The notes below the pieces were generated by a model. That model saw nothing but the letters and a program-made list of their open reading frames with translations, was not told the origin of the DNA and did no database searches. A program made the position numbers and the translations under genes. A stretch of DNA of 64,000 nucleotides, taken from assembly GCA_013239625.1 (NCBI GenBank), contig MU053365.1, positions 62,001 to 126,000 on the forward strand, read 5' to 3'. The first letter of the stretch is position 1. Each line of letters opens with the position of its first letter. This stretch comes from Lama guanicoe. Its lineage: Eukaryota. Below, one piece after another: positions 40,040-52,060 of the stretch.

Positions 40040-41589
40040 TTTAAGTTTATAGCTCTTCAAACAAGATGGGTCACATCTTAAAAGGAGGGAAAAGGCAAGG
40101 ACCCTGCCTGGACCAGCTCAGGGACAGTCAGCGAGGCTACTTTTCTGTGCTTTAATGGACAGCAGCCCAGCTTAGTGGCCACGCCCCTTTGAGGCACCTG
40201 GCCTGTTAACCTCCAGAGTCCCCGGTAGGTTTGGGTAGAGTTGAGCTGATTGGTGAGAGGAGCACGATAGGGGGAGACAATGGAATCACTGAGTGAAAAG
40301 GGGCTGGTTACTGAGCTTCCAGACCATGAACTTCCAACCGTTGGCAGGTGGCTTCTGTCATCTGGCTCCAGAAAGCTGTCGCTTGTCCCCCATTTCCCCT
40401 CCATTTGCCAGGTTGTCCCAAGCAGGGATCTGCCCCGTCACATCAGACACTGAGCTGAGAGCTGTGGGGATTAGGGAGCTGCCGCATTAGCACATCTTTC
40501 TCTTTTCAGAGCTGAGCGTGCCAGTCACTGTGATGGGCAGCAAGACAGTGTTCATTGTTAATTAATTATTAGTTGTCAACTCTGCGACTTTGTGGAACTA
40601 AGATGATTCAGGCAGGTTGGAGAATTCCTCCTGTAAAGATACCACAACAACATGGTTTACAGCAAATGAAACACTCTTCATTATCAAAGTCTGCTGAGAG
40701 CCTTTCATGCTGAGGATTCACACTGTCAAGCCCTTACCTTAGGGTTCACTCCTGGCATGAAGGTGGCCTGAGAAAGGGGCGAGCCTCCTTGTCCATGCGC
40801 CTCTGAAACACTTGAAAGGTTATTATGCCTTCTAAAGAGAAAAGACCCACAAAGGGCTGACAGGGGCCTATTGTCAACTTCTGGTTTGGAGGGGTGACCT
40901 TGCGAAGTTCGGGACAAGGTTTTTCAAGAAGGCTCTGGTCCTCGCCTGTACACAGGCGAGCTAAGTCAACTTGGAAGGTTATGGTGAACACACTTTTGAA
41001 ACTGAGCGCTCACCTGACCTGCTGCTACTCTTCCTATGCAACCCATTTAAGGAAGGCACATTTATAGCAAATGAAGTGACTTCAACACGTAGATAAATGG
41101 GCTTTGGTGACAAGAGGTGTAGCATCTCCGTGGAATTTAGTGTTGGGCGAATGTCTTTATGACACAGAGCCCCAGAATTCCTCTGGTCTGTTGTCTGGGG
41201 TCATTTTAGCAGCCCACGGGTGAAAGGAGCAGGCTAGCCAGGTGCTGGCTTTGCGGCTTCAAGGGGAGATTACTTGGGACTTCGCTCTTAGGCCTGCTTT
41301 GCCACAGAACAAAGGTAAGAGATTTACCAGAAGGAGCTGGGAAGAAACATTGAATGGCCACACACGTGGGGACTTGGAGGCAATTCCTCTCCTGTTAACT
41401 TCTTTCCTGTGTTATTTCCTAGGAAGATCGGGAGAATCAGGCCCGTTTCTTGGCCATCATGGCTTTTGCTGAGTGAGCCCCCTGGCCGGTGGACCAGAGG
41501 AGGTCTACATGTAGAAGCTTTCAGGCTTCCAAGCTTGCAAAGCATAATTATAGGGTCTTTCCTCAGGGAAAGAGAAAATTTTTGAACCC

Positions 41590-41712
41590 TGCCACTCAAA
41601 GTGTGGTCAGGGGTTCGGAGAATCAGCATTCTCTGGGAGCTTGTCAGAAATGCAGAACCTCTGGCCCCATCCCAGATGTACTGAATCAGAATCTGCATTT
41701 TTAACAAGATAC
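41590..41712. mobile_element. MER5A
   Basis: 'actcaaagtgtggtc...gggagcttgtcagaaatgcaga...actgaatcagaatctgcattttaacaagat'. Confidence 0.85.
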
Positions 41713-41734
41713 CGTAGACTAGTCCTGTTCTGGA

Positions 41735-41995
41735 GAACAGGACTCGGTTTAGCGATTGAGAATACGGGGCTTTGGCCTCGGACAAGCTTGGGTTCAAATT
41801 CTGGATCTACTGCTTACTTATTTAGTAATGTGACTTTGAGCATATTAATTACCTGTGATGAGCCTAACCAGTGGGATTGAAACAGGGGTAGTGATAGTAC
41901 CTGCCTCGTGGGGCTTAGGTGATGATCACCTGACTGACTACACGTAAAGCCCCGACCGTGGGGCCTGGTACAGTGTAAGCCCCCAGACAGGGGCT
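41735..41995 (+). mobile_element. MIR SINE
   Basis: 'tgggttcaaattctggatctactgcttact...tgtgactttgagca'. Confidence 0.75.
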
Positions 41996-44709
41996 GACAT
42001 GGCCAGAACTGTGGGTGAAGGAGAACTGGGGTGAGGCAGGAGATTGGTCCTTTCTCAAAGGATGTTTGGTTTTTAGGCCTGGACTCTGCTCTCAGGAGCC
42101 TACGGTCTTTCCAGTCCAGGAGAAGGTAGTGGAACTTCTCTTTCGGTCAAGGGCAGATGAAGAAAGTTTTAAGGCCCCTGGTACAGCAGTGATGGGAAAC
42201 ACCTCCTGACTCCTCCACTGATGAGACACAGGCAGAGGGGAAAGTGGGCAGTCGAAGACCACAGGCCGCAGCGGTCTTCGCCTCAGTGCAGAGGGAAGAG
42301 AAGCTGGGCAAAGAGCAAATGACAGCCTGGATTGTTTCTCTAGGGCTGGACCCAGCGCGACCCTGAGCTTCCAGCCAAGCTGAGTGATGGCGCCCTGGCT
42401 TCAGATGTGGTTGATTTGAGATAATTCCTTCTTGAGGAGCAAGGTACCACCTTGATTGGCCTAGATTCTTTCAAGTATCCCCCTGGGGGATGCAGCCAGC
42501 CCAGAGATCTGGGCTGCAGAGAGAGAAAGGCCCTGTGAAGCCACGTCCTCCGTGCTCAGTGGTAGTGTCCACTCACAGAGCGCTCCCTGGGCCCCCGTGG
42601 TCGCTGCTGAGCCGTGCTTACTGCCTTGATGGTGCCGCCCTCTGTGTGTTTCCCTGTCTCTTGCCTCATGCCTGCTTGACCTCATTCTCCTCCTTTGTCT
42701 CATGGACCAGCCAGCAGCCCTGCTTGGAAGCCTGACAGCCTTTGAATGGGCCCGAATGTACCTCTGGAAGCAGCCTCTGCTCCCCTTTCTCATCTTCCTC
42801 CCCTCCTCTCTATTTTATGTCAAATATTTGCTTGGTTTAAAGCTCATAAAATGTCATCTCGTTAAATCATGTTTTCATTTCAGTAAGATGACTGTCAGGC
42901 GGAAGTGATTTTATTGTGTTAGGAGTCAGAAAAATATAAAGACAAATCCACTTTGAGAATGGAATAGCACAGCACAGTTTAGTCCAGTCTCCTTGGTGTT
43001 TCTCTGAATGGCATGGTAGATCTCCAAGTCAAATATTGATCCTGACGAGTCAAAACCAAGTGGGCGCCTTCGCACGGGATTTGGTGTTTGCTGAACTGGC
43101 CACTCCCTTCTAGTAATGCCTTTGAACTGTTGGCCCGATCTTGCTACTTTCTACTGACTCCATCCAGCTGCCAGGTGTTCACAAGTCAATAGTTGACAGA
43201 CTGATTCAATGCCCTTTACAGACTGGCTTCCAAGTGTTCTGGAAATACTGAAATCTTGGAGATGGGGTCCTGCCCTCTGAGAACCTGTGACCTGTCTGGG
43301 GATGACGGATGCTGGCCATCCATGGTAGAGATGTGAAGCACTAATGTGGGAGCGCGTTAGAGTGGCTGATTCTGCCCTGGCTAAGTACAGCTGTGCAGGT
43401 CGTGAACTGCACAAGGATGTCAAATGGAAGTAGAAACCCTTCATTCTGTAGGCATCGAAAATGTGTATATTTCTTAGGACAGTTTTCTGGCCGGTAGAAG
43501 AATCTGTCTTGAGGAAAGGGCACATTTTTCTCATTTTCACTAAAGTGCTGGACAGCTTAATTGGTGGCCCTGGGCTGGCATCTGATGTGATCGGAAGGGC
43601 TGTGGAGAGGAGGTGGCGTTGCATCAGGGCTGGACGGGGTCAGAGGGGTGGGCCAGGCAGGCAAAAAGCGTTCTAGGCAGAGGGAGCAAGTGCTGAGTCA
43701 GAGGCAGGAAATCACAGTGGTGTGCCTGGGAGGTGAGGCACACAGCTTTTCTGGGCTGTCACCCTTATGTGTGGCTGTAGGGGTTTTGAGTGCTACACCC
43801 TAGGGCTTCTATAGCTCCCAGATTTGGCTCTGGATGTGTCTAGTAGGGTGCCTGTCCCACCCCAGACCCAGCTCGAGGGGCGGTCCTTGGTTAGATGTGT
43901 TTAGTACACATGGCTGTTCCCCGCTGTAGCTGCTGGACTAGGGTGGGCATTTTTAAGGGCAGCTCATCTATAAACGGAGAGATAGGCTTCAAGAGCATAA
44001 CCTGTCTCATGTCCCTTTCCTGAGCCTCTCTCCGTTCACATGACTCCCCCTAGTGCTGTCATGTCCTGACCTTTTGGCCACTGTGGTTTGGTTCAGAGGT
44101 GTAGACATTATCCCAAGTTGGATGAACCCTCTTCTATAGTGTTTTTGAACTTGTCCTCAAAACAATCAGGTCTGAAGTTGTAAAGTTTTAAAGTTTTAGC
44201 ACACACGTTAACGTTTTCACACACACACACAACCCATTGTAAAATTTTCACACATGCACACACACACGGGGAGAGAGAGAATCCATAAATGAGTGTGTAT
44301 ATGCTCATGGGTGATGTAACTGATGGCAATTGAGTCCCTAGTTCCTGTTGTTTCTGAGGATTCATGCCCTTTCCAGGCCTTAGATTGTTTTTTAACCTAA
44401 AACATGGGTTTTTTGGAGGAGGCTTAGGCTAGATTGACATTGGTTTCTGTCAGTTGCAACCAAAAGAATCTTGGCCAATGGAGGTGGCCAAGGATCTATT
44501 CTACGGCTTCTGGAAAAATATCAAAAGGATGAAGCATGTAGCTGAATAGCAGAAACTCCAAGGACAGCCGCTGTATCAGAATACAGGGGACCCAGGCGAG
44601 CATCTTCATGATCATTCAGAGACGGTGTTAGATAAATAGGCAGTTATGTGCCAGTGGATCTCAGACCCCAGGAAACCCTAGGTGTCATGCAAGTCAAAAG
44701 GATAAGCTG

Positions 44710-45016
44710 TTTTGGGTTAAAAACAGACACGTGGACATAGAAAACAAACTATAGTTACCAAAGGGGAAAGGGTGGGGAGGGACAAATTAAGGGTTGGGGG
44801 TTAACAGACACACATTACTATATATAAAATAGATAAACAACAAGCATCTACTGTATGGCACAGGGAAGTAATATTCAATTTCTTGCAATAACATATAATG
44901 GAAAAGAATCTGAAAAGAAAAGAATATATATGTTTGTATATGTATAACTGAATCACTTTGGGGTACACCTGAAACTAACATTGTGAATCAACTACATTTC
45001 AATAAAAATTTAAAAA
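44710..45016 (+). mobile_element. Young L1 3' UTR insertion
   Basis: AATAAA and A-tail. TSD AAAAG(G/T)ATAAGCTG at 44696-44709 and 45017-45030. Confidence 0.9.
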
Positions 45017-45084
45017 AAAAGTATAAGCTGGATTTCCTACAGTGCCTCTTCATAGTATCCTCAGAAAGAGTGGAGGCATCATGA

Positions 45085-45295
45085 CTGAACTCAGCTCTGC
45101 ACTTCCTGGTCACGTGGGCCTCGGAAAGCCACTTCCTCCCTGAGCCTTGGTTTCCTCATCTGTCGAGTGAATGGTGAGCACGCTTCTTTCACAGGAGCAC
45201 TCTGCAGGTTCGATGAGGCAGTGCACAGGAAAGCATCTAACATTGTGCCCTCAGCTCCTGGAAACTCAATGAATATTGATTTTCTTCCATCCATT
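45085..45295 (+). mobile_element. MIR SINE
   Basis: 'ctgagccttggtttcctcatctgt'. Confidence 0.75.
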
Positions 45296-46350
45296 ATTTC
45301 CCTGATTGAATGCCATCCAGGAAGCTACACTGGCTCTTCTTAGAGTGTTTGATGGGGCTATCTATCTGTAGAGGTTAACTTCCAAATTTAATCGACAAAT
45401 AGCTGTCTTCTTGAGCTGCCTTCCTGTTTGTAATCATTTCCTCCTTTCCAGGTATTTTCCCTGCCCTTCATCACAAAGAATAATTTCTGATCTTGTGTGG
45501 ATCCCTTTTAGACTTGAAAAAAAGCCTGATGGATGGGGGAGTTATTTTTTTATGCTGCAGGCTTGCCATTTCTGGCCAGAGCGATCTTAGAAAGACGGCC
45601 TTCACGGTGCAGACTTTGTGGATAAAAATCACCTGCTCTCAGGGCAGAGCTCTCTCACTCTGGTGTCTGCCTGGTGTTTCTCCTTCCTGGAGATGAGGGA
45701 TTAAAAAAAAAGAACCAGATCATCAGGCATTTTTGTTTAACTATGTCATTGTAGTTTTATAGTAGGTTTATTACCTGCATGTATTTAGGTATGAGAATTC
45801 TGAGAAGGCTGTGAAATGTTCTAAAGCTTTGGGGGTAGGTAGGTGCATGCTCTGGGCTGTTACTTGGTGTGTGTGTCTCGGGAGAATTACCTGGCAGGCT
45901 GCAGATTCTGACAGAAGGCACTCTGCCTTTTATAGTCCTGCTCTTCGAAGGGGGAGGTAGAGGAGGAGAAGGCTCTGGAAAGTGTCTTGCAGAGGCCAAC
46001 AGAGCCCTGTATTGCTTTCAAAAGGGGTTTCCAACTCCTTTTCTTGCTATGAAAACTACCTATAATAAGCCAAGCAGGTTGCATAAAATGAGGGAAAAGG
46101 AAATGCAGTCCGTTAATCTCCCAAGACAGACATTTATTATCCGAAAGCCAAGTGATACCTTTGAACTGGGGCCTCACATTCTGCGGAGGAAAAGGCTCAC
46201 GCCTGGGGAGCTGCAGGACCCCTGGAGCTTCTCTCTGATGGGGGACTTGCACTGGCCTCCTGAAAGAAGACTGGCCTCAGCCAAGTGTCATCCCCATGAA
46301 TACCAGCCCCAAATTCTAGCTGCTGAAGTCTCTGTTGGTTAAAGAAGCAT

Positions 46351-46412
46351 GATCCGCTGGAAATTAGCATAACGTTGTAAATCGACTATATGTCAATTAA
46401 AAAATGGGGGGA
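46351..46412 (+). mobile_element. Extremely 5'-truncated L1 3' terminus
   Basis: 'gaaattagcataacgttgtaaatcgactatatgtcaattaaaaaa' matches the L1 end at 17281-17325. Flanked by AAGCAT on both sides. Confidence 0.7.
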
Positions 46413-46474
46413 AAAAGCATTACCAATGACACGGCTATGAGTAAGATCAGTGCCTTGATTTCTAAAGGGGCGGA

Positions 46475-46585
46475 ATAGTTCTCAGAGATTTCTAAGATGC
46501 TGTTCACAGGTTATAAGCCTCAAATTTGGCTCAAATAAAATTTTCCATTTCTTTCTTAGATCAACAGATTAACTTTTCATCGACA
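46475..46585 (+). mobile_element. ERV LTR R/U5 fragment
   Basis: AATAAA followed by a T-rich U5 ending 'ttttcatcgaca'. Confidence 0.5.
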
Positions 46586-46752
46586 GGATGTTGGCGTCAC
46601 TATGTGGAGGATGAGGAGGCACAGCAGGAAGAGCTGGGGAGAGGAAGCAGAGACTGTTGAATGGAGCCTAGTTGCAAAGCCTTGGCAGCGAAGTGGCAAT
46701 GGCTGCATTGGTGGGAAGGCAGAAGACTGGGAAGTGAAAATGTTGTGAGTGA

Positions 46753-47227
46753 TGATGAGACAGGAAGTAAGGGGGCAGGGCACAACCATTAAAAGAAAGA
46801 CATAACCATTGAGGATACAACATCAACTGGTTAGAATCAACTAGGCCCAAGGTGGTGGAAGATTTGACTTCCTGTAGACTCATTATACACCCATTATAAT
46901 ACATTAGCATGCTAAATGACATACCCAAAGGCATCAAGACAGTTCCCAGGTTGATGATAAAAGGCCAGAAATTGAGTGGAGGCCCAATTCCTGGAAATCC
47001 CCTCCTCTTCCCCAAACAGTTGCAATAATCCTCCCACTTGTGAGCTTATGAAGTAACCCAGCCCATAAAAGCCAGCCAGCCTGCACCCTGGGGCCACTTC
47101 CCCTTCTGAGATGGACCACATTCTGTCTTTAGAATGTGTATCTCTCTAAGTAAACTTGCTTTCACTTGACTATGCCTTGCTTTTCAATTCTTTCCTGTGA
47201 GAGACAAGAACCTACTCTCCAGTAACA
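46753..47227 (+). mobile_element. MER41-like ERV1 solo LTR (475 bp)
   Basis: TG...CA termini, TSD GTGA/GCGA (one CpG-type transition). MER41-like core 'attataatacattagcatgctaaatgaca', TATA-like CATAAAA near 47064, AGTAAA near 47149. Confidence 0.75.
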
Positions 47228-47774
47228 GCGAGCAGCTGCAGGTGGAGGGGTGGTCGTGGGTTGGTACGCGAGTGACCAAGAGTCAGGCTTGAATGTGTGC
47301 TTAGCACTCTTGTGTCTATTTCATTCACGCAGAGAAGAAGCAACTTTTTCCAAAGGATAAGCCCCAGGGATGCTGGGGAACATCTAGGGGAGAGTTGGGA
47401 CCTCCGTTTAGGTCACTCTTCCAAGATTCAGTTCTCTTTGGCCAAACCCTGGTCCTGCAGGCATGTGCACCTGGGTGCAAGGGCCTGGAAGGAGCTGTGC
47501 GGAGGGCAAATCTGGGGGAGGGGCAGAGTGGGGAGGCAGCTCAGTGAGGGGCCACGGGACTACGCAACAGACAAGCAGGGTCTCCAGGTTTGGCGGGCAG
47601 CACATTCATTAGGACCAGCACACGGGGGGTTTGTGCTCCCAAGGCAAGGAAGAGGAGCTCAGATGGACACAGGACAGAGAGAGCAGGAGGAGGGAAATGC
47701 TGTGCTCTTTCTTGCCTGGTCAGGCCACTCTTGCGGTATTGAACCCAAATGTGAGTTCCGTACTCAGAGGGCTG

Positions 47775-48110
47775 GGTAACAGTGTATTCTATGGGTTTGC
47801 ATCCTCAATCTGCTACTTACTGTGTGATCTTAGAGAAACTATTTAACCTTTCTGTGTCTCAGTTTCCTCCTCTGTAGAATGAATGTAGAATGGGGTTGTT
47901 GTGAAGACTAAGTGAAGTTATCCGTGGAACGTACCTAGCACAGAGTGGCGGGGCGCAGAGTCAGTGTTTGGTGATTCTCCTATTGTTATTCACATGATGC
48001 TCATGCCCCTAGTATGTGTCTCTGTGCTTGTCTCCCCAGCTGGACTCTAAGTTCTGCGAGGGCAGGGGTCACGTCTGCTGTGCTCACTGCTCGAGGCCCA
48101 GCAACAACTC
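47775..48110. mobile_element. MIR followed by L2 tail
   Basis: 'aacctttctgtgtctcagtttcctcctctgta' and 'aagttctgcgagggcagggg'. Confidence 0.7.
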
Positions 48111-48685
48111 TGATGGCTGTCACTCAGGGCAGGCACTCGGGAAGAAAAGAAGCAAGGAAAGAATAGAGGGACAGAGGGAGGGAAGGAGGCAGGAGAGCAG
48201 AATTTGGATGAGGGAGGGACTGGAAGTCATGCCAGATGAAGAATGAAGGAAACAGGGGTGCAGAACTGAGAGAGAAGACTCAAAGGGGCCACGGAGAAAT
48301 TGTTGCTGAATGCAGTTTCATGTGCTGGAGGTGCAGTGAGGCCAAATAAACCGAAATGTCAAAGTTTGGAGCAAAGAAAGGTTGACTGTAGGGCCAAGCA
48401 AGAATGGGTGGCTCATGCCCCAAAAAGCTGAACTCTCCGATGGTTTTCGGGGAAGAATGTTTACAGGCAAAATTTGGAACGGGGGCTGCAGGGCGTGTGA
48501 CTGTCTTCTGATTGATTGGTTGCTGGTGAGGTAGCAGGGCAGTGCTCCAGGAATCTTGTGCTCAGCCTGAAGTTTCCATCCTCCACCTGGGTGGGAGCCC
48601 TAGTTCCTGTAGGAGAACTCAAGGACATTGTTACGTGTAGTCCTTGAGGAGGAACCAGGACCCTCCTTTTATCGTTGCACGATTG

Positions 48686-49919
48686 GGTTTTTTGTTGTTG
48701 TTGTCATTATTACTATCATTTATTTTTTATTGAAGTGTAATTGATTTACAATATTGTGTTAGTTTCTGGTGTACAGCATAGTGACTCAGTTATATATACA
48801 TATTCTTTTCCATGAAAGGTTATTACAAGGTACTGAATATAGTTCCCTGTGCTATACAGTAGGACCTTGTTGTTTATCTATTTTATATATAGTCTTTTGT
48901 ATCTGATAATCCCAAACTCCTAATTTAACCCTCCCTTTCCCTTTTAGTAACCATAAGCTTGTTTTCTATGTCTGGGTCTGTTTCTGTTTTGTAAATAAGT
49001 TCATTTGTATTATTATTTAGATTCCACATATAAGTGATATTTGTCTTTCTCTGTCTGACTTACTTAGTATGATCATCTCTAGGTCCACCCATGTTGCTGC
49101 AAATGGCATTATTCCATTCTTTTTAATGGCTGAGTAATATTCCATTGTATATATAAACTACCATTAACCCAAAAGGTAAAGACCCCAGTTCCTGTCATAC
49201 CCGAAAGACAGATTTATAGTCAGGAGACAGTGTGTTGTGTAGCGAAAGATTTTAAAAGATTTATTTAACAAAAGGAAAAGCACACAAACCCCAAGAGCAG
49301 GAGGCAGGCTGATCCAAGGCAGGAGAAGCGGCAGTTTTTGTCTCCGCTTTCTCTTATACCCTCGCCTAGAGGTGCTCTCTTGATTAACAGCTCTTGTCCC
49401 TGGAGTGCTTAGTCATGTTTGGCCCCTTTGCGCTTGTTCTTACCCATGGTATACACAGAAAAACCCATGGAGGGGTGGGCCTCAACTGCGATGCTAATTA
49501 TAATGCAATGAGCATTAGGCTGTGTCCAGGGAAGTCCTTTCTGCTACCATGGAGTCGTGGCTGTTGGGTTCTAGCCAGTTTCTTGTTGGCATTCATTTAG
49601 AAGAAGTAAAGCCCCTTTATGCTGGAGGCGGGCACAACGCCATCCTCCAGACCATCCTCCCTCTCCTCCACCTGTCTGCCCGGTGCCCGCACTTATCTAA
49701 CTACCTGACACTACAACTTCTTCATCCAGTTGGACATTTAGGCTGCTTCCATGTCTTGGGTACTGTAAATAGAGCTGCTGTGAACACTGGGGTGCAGGTG
49801 TCTTTTGAAGTTAGAGCTTTCTCCAGATACATGCCCAGGACTGGGATTGTCGGATCACGTGGCAAGCCTGTATTCAGGTGTTGAAGGCATCTCCATACTG
49901 TTCTCCATAGTAGCTGCAC
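48686..49919 (-). mobile_element. Young L1 3' end, split by an LTR
   Basis: ORF 49722..49919 (DTCTPVFTAALFTVPKTWKQPKCP) and T-rich tail. TSD TGCAC(G/T)ATTG at 48676-48685 and 49920-49929. Confidence 0.88.
49162..49710 (-). mobile_element. Young ERV1-type solo LTR nested in L1
   Basis: Perfect 4-bp TSD CTAC (49158-49161, 49711-49714). Minus-strand AATAAA near 49260 and TATAA near 49354. Confidence 0.8.
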
Positions 49920-51104
49920 TGCACTATTGCTTCTTGACTGCTCCCCCTTTGTTTCTACATTCCCTCACTTCCCTAATGGGAAACTGTTTGAACCTGCCTT
50001 TCGGAACTCGGAAGTTCTAAGAGGCTGAAGCCTTTTTCTTATAAAAAAAAAAATGGGGGACACAGAAAGGCTTTTGTACCCAGGAGAACTCCACAGGGTT
50101 CTGCTCGATTTCAGAATCTCCAAATGGCCAAAGGATCTTCTCAGAGAAAGGTAAGATTTCTTTGTCATCCAAATGATCAGGGAGGATAGAGAGGGCACGG
50201 GGAGGACCAATGACTGAAAGCAATGAAGAACTTACTGAGTGGTCCAAAGAGCCAACAGGCTGCCTTCGGGAGAACTGAGTTTCCTGACATTGGAGGAATC
50301 CAAGCAGGGCCTGGACTAGCCCTTGATGATGATGTTGCAGAAGGAATTCAACCATCAGAGGGGACCAACCTGCCTGATTTGCAAAATGTCTCAATCCAGC
50401 TGCCCCACCCCTTTCTCTAGGCTTCTACGTTGTTTCTCGTCGGGTGGCTGGTGTTCTTGGGAGTGCAAATAACGTGTGAAGTAACTTCTGATCTTTTCTG
50501 GCACAGTGCAAAGTTGTGCAAGGCTTAAGGAAATACTTAGCTATACGGAGCAAGCCTTTCCCCAGCCAGTATTGGGGAAAAAAATAACTCCATTAGAAGT
50601 GCTAAATGAGGATCATAATGAGATATCCAAAGTCTTGCCAAGTGAATTTAATCGCTTTCTGATCCCAACAGCCACACAATTCAACTCTTTCTTAGCATAA
50701 TTAAGCAAGTGACAATGAGGATACTATTCTAAGACATGGTAATGAGATGCTGAGGGGCCTGAATTCAGCTGGAGGGGAATTCCTATTAAATATTTATTAG
50801 ATATGCAAGTTCTTTAATAGCTAGGAAAAATAGAAAAGGAAATTTAGTTAAGTGAGGTCCATTTCCTTTGAAATTAAACTGTTAAAAACAGAAGCTGCCA
50901 GGTCACTTCTTGCAGGCATCTTCATCTTTCTGGCCTGAGGGCTTGGCTGTACTCTGGCCGTAAAACTCCTTAGGTTAGCAGGAGCCACAGAAAACGAGAC
51001 TAAAGTAGGAAATGATGGAGACTGTTGGCTGGGTACTAAAGAAGAAAGAAGGAAGTAAAAAAGGTAGTGGGGTAGGGTCGGAGTGTGGAGTCGTACTTAT
51101 GTTT

Positions 51105-51320
51105 GAATTTGGGCTTGAAAACCACTGGGGTGTATGTGCGCATGTGCGAGACAGACAGACAGACAGACAAGGGTGCGCAAGCTCAGATGAATTGCTTTAC
51201 GTCTCTGAGCCGTCTCCTGCTCTGTCAAATGGGTTTATTCATGCCTACCTCACAAGGTTATTCAGAGGCTTAAGTGTGGTAATGATTGTGAAAGTGCCTT
51301 AGAAACTGGAAAGCGCTGTA
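51105..51320 (+). mobile_element. MIR with internal (GACA)n
   Basis: 'tctctgagccgtctcctgctctgtcaaatggg...cctacctcacaaggtt'. Confidence 0.6.
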
Positions 51321-51889
51321 CAGAGAAAAGGGGCTTGGGTCATTGGCTCTTTGAATCTCTGCAAAAGAATTTCCTACGGTGCTAGCCAGCTCCTAGCAGA
51401 GTTCAAGTCCCTTTTCTGGTTGTAGCTCCAGGGAAAAAGCAGATCGAATTGGCTGGAAGATTGATATTCGGCTCTACAGTGAATTTTTTTCTACTTACCA
51501 AGGGATTTCCTGCACATCCACAAGGATCAAAAATCCCACATTCCTCCAACTGATGTTAATCAGTATGCAAATAATAAGATGCAGGCTCCAGGCCCCGCCG
51601 GCAGGAAGGGGAGTTCAACCTCCGCTTGTCTCTGGTGAGGATGTGGATGTTTTAGGCAATTATGAGCCTCACCTGTGCAAGCGGCAGATGGGGCGGGGCT
51701 TTGCTCAGGCCTCGGGTGAGCCCTTGGGGGGCCTGTGTGAGCATGCGCAGATGTGTCACGGTTTACTGGGGGAGGGGAAGACTCCCAGCAACCCTGTTTC
51801 CAGAGGCTCACAGATTGCCTCTCTTTCTAGACTTTTCCTCGACTGACTTTACCACAGTGCAGAATGATGGCAAGAGTTCTTTTTGCTTC

Positions 51890-52060
51890 TTGACTGCCTA
51901 CTTGTGCCGGGTGCCATTTAACCCTGGCAACAACCTATTGGGTAAGTATCATTACTATTTTATTGGCGTTTTACAGAAAGGGATACTCTAGCCCAGAGAT
52001 GGGAAATGATTTGCCCAAGGTCACTAACCCAGGTTTCTCGGACTCCCAAGCCCCCATGGG
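51890..52060 (-). mobile_element. MIR fragment
   Basis: 'ttttacagaaagggatact...gatttgcccaaggtcac'. Confidence 0.65.

Larger units (their letters stand above)
48301..50113 (-). mobile_element. ERV1-type solo LTR split by nested insertions (48301-48685 and 49920-50113)
   Basis: TG...CA termini, flanks AAAT/GAAT. Sequence is continuous across the L1 TSD. Confidence 0.8.

Noticed and set aside
42253..42280. Short hairpin CGAAGACC...GGTCTTCG
   Set aside because: An 8-bp stem is expected by chance in 64 kb.
45869..47779. 157-160 aa ORFs near the LTR cluster as possible gag/pol/env remnants
   Set aside because: No retroviral motifs. The LTRs are solo with TSDs, and no primer-binding site or internal region is visible.
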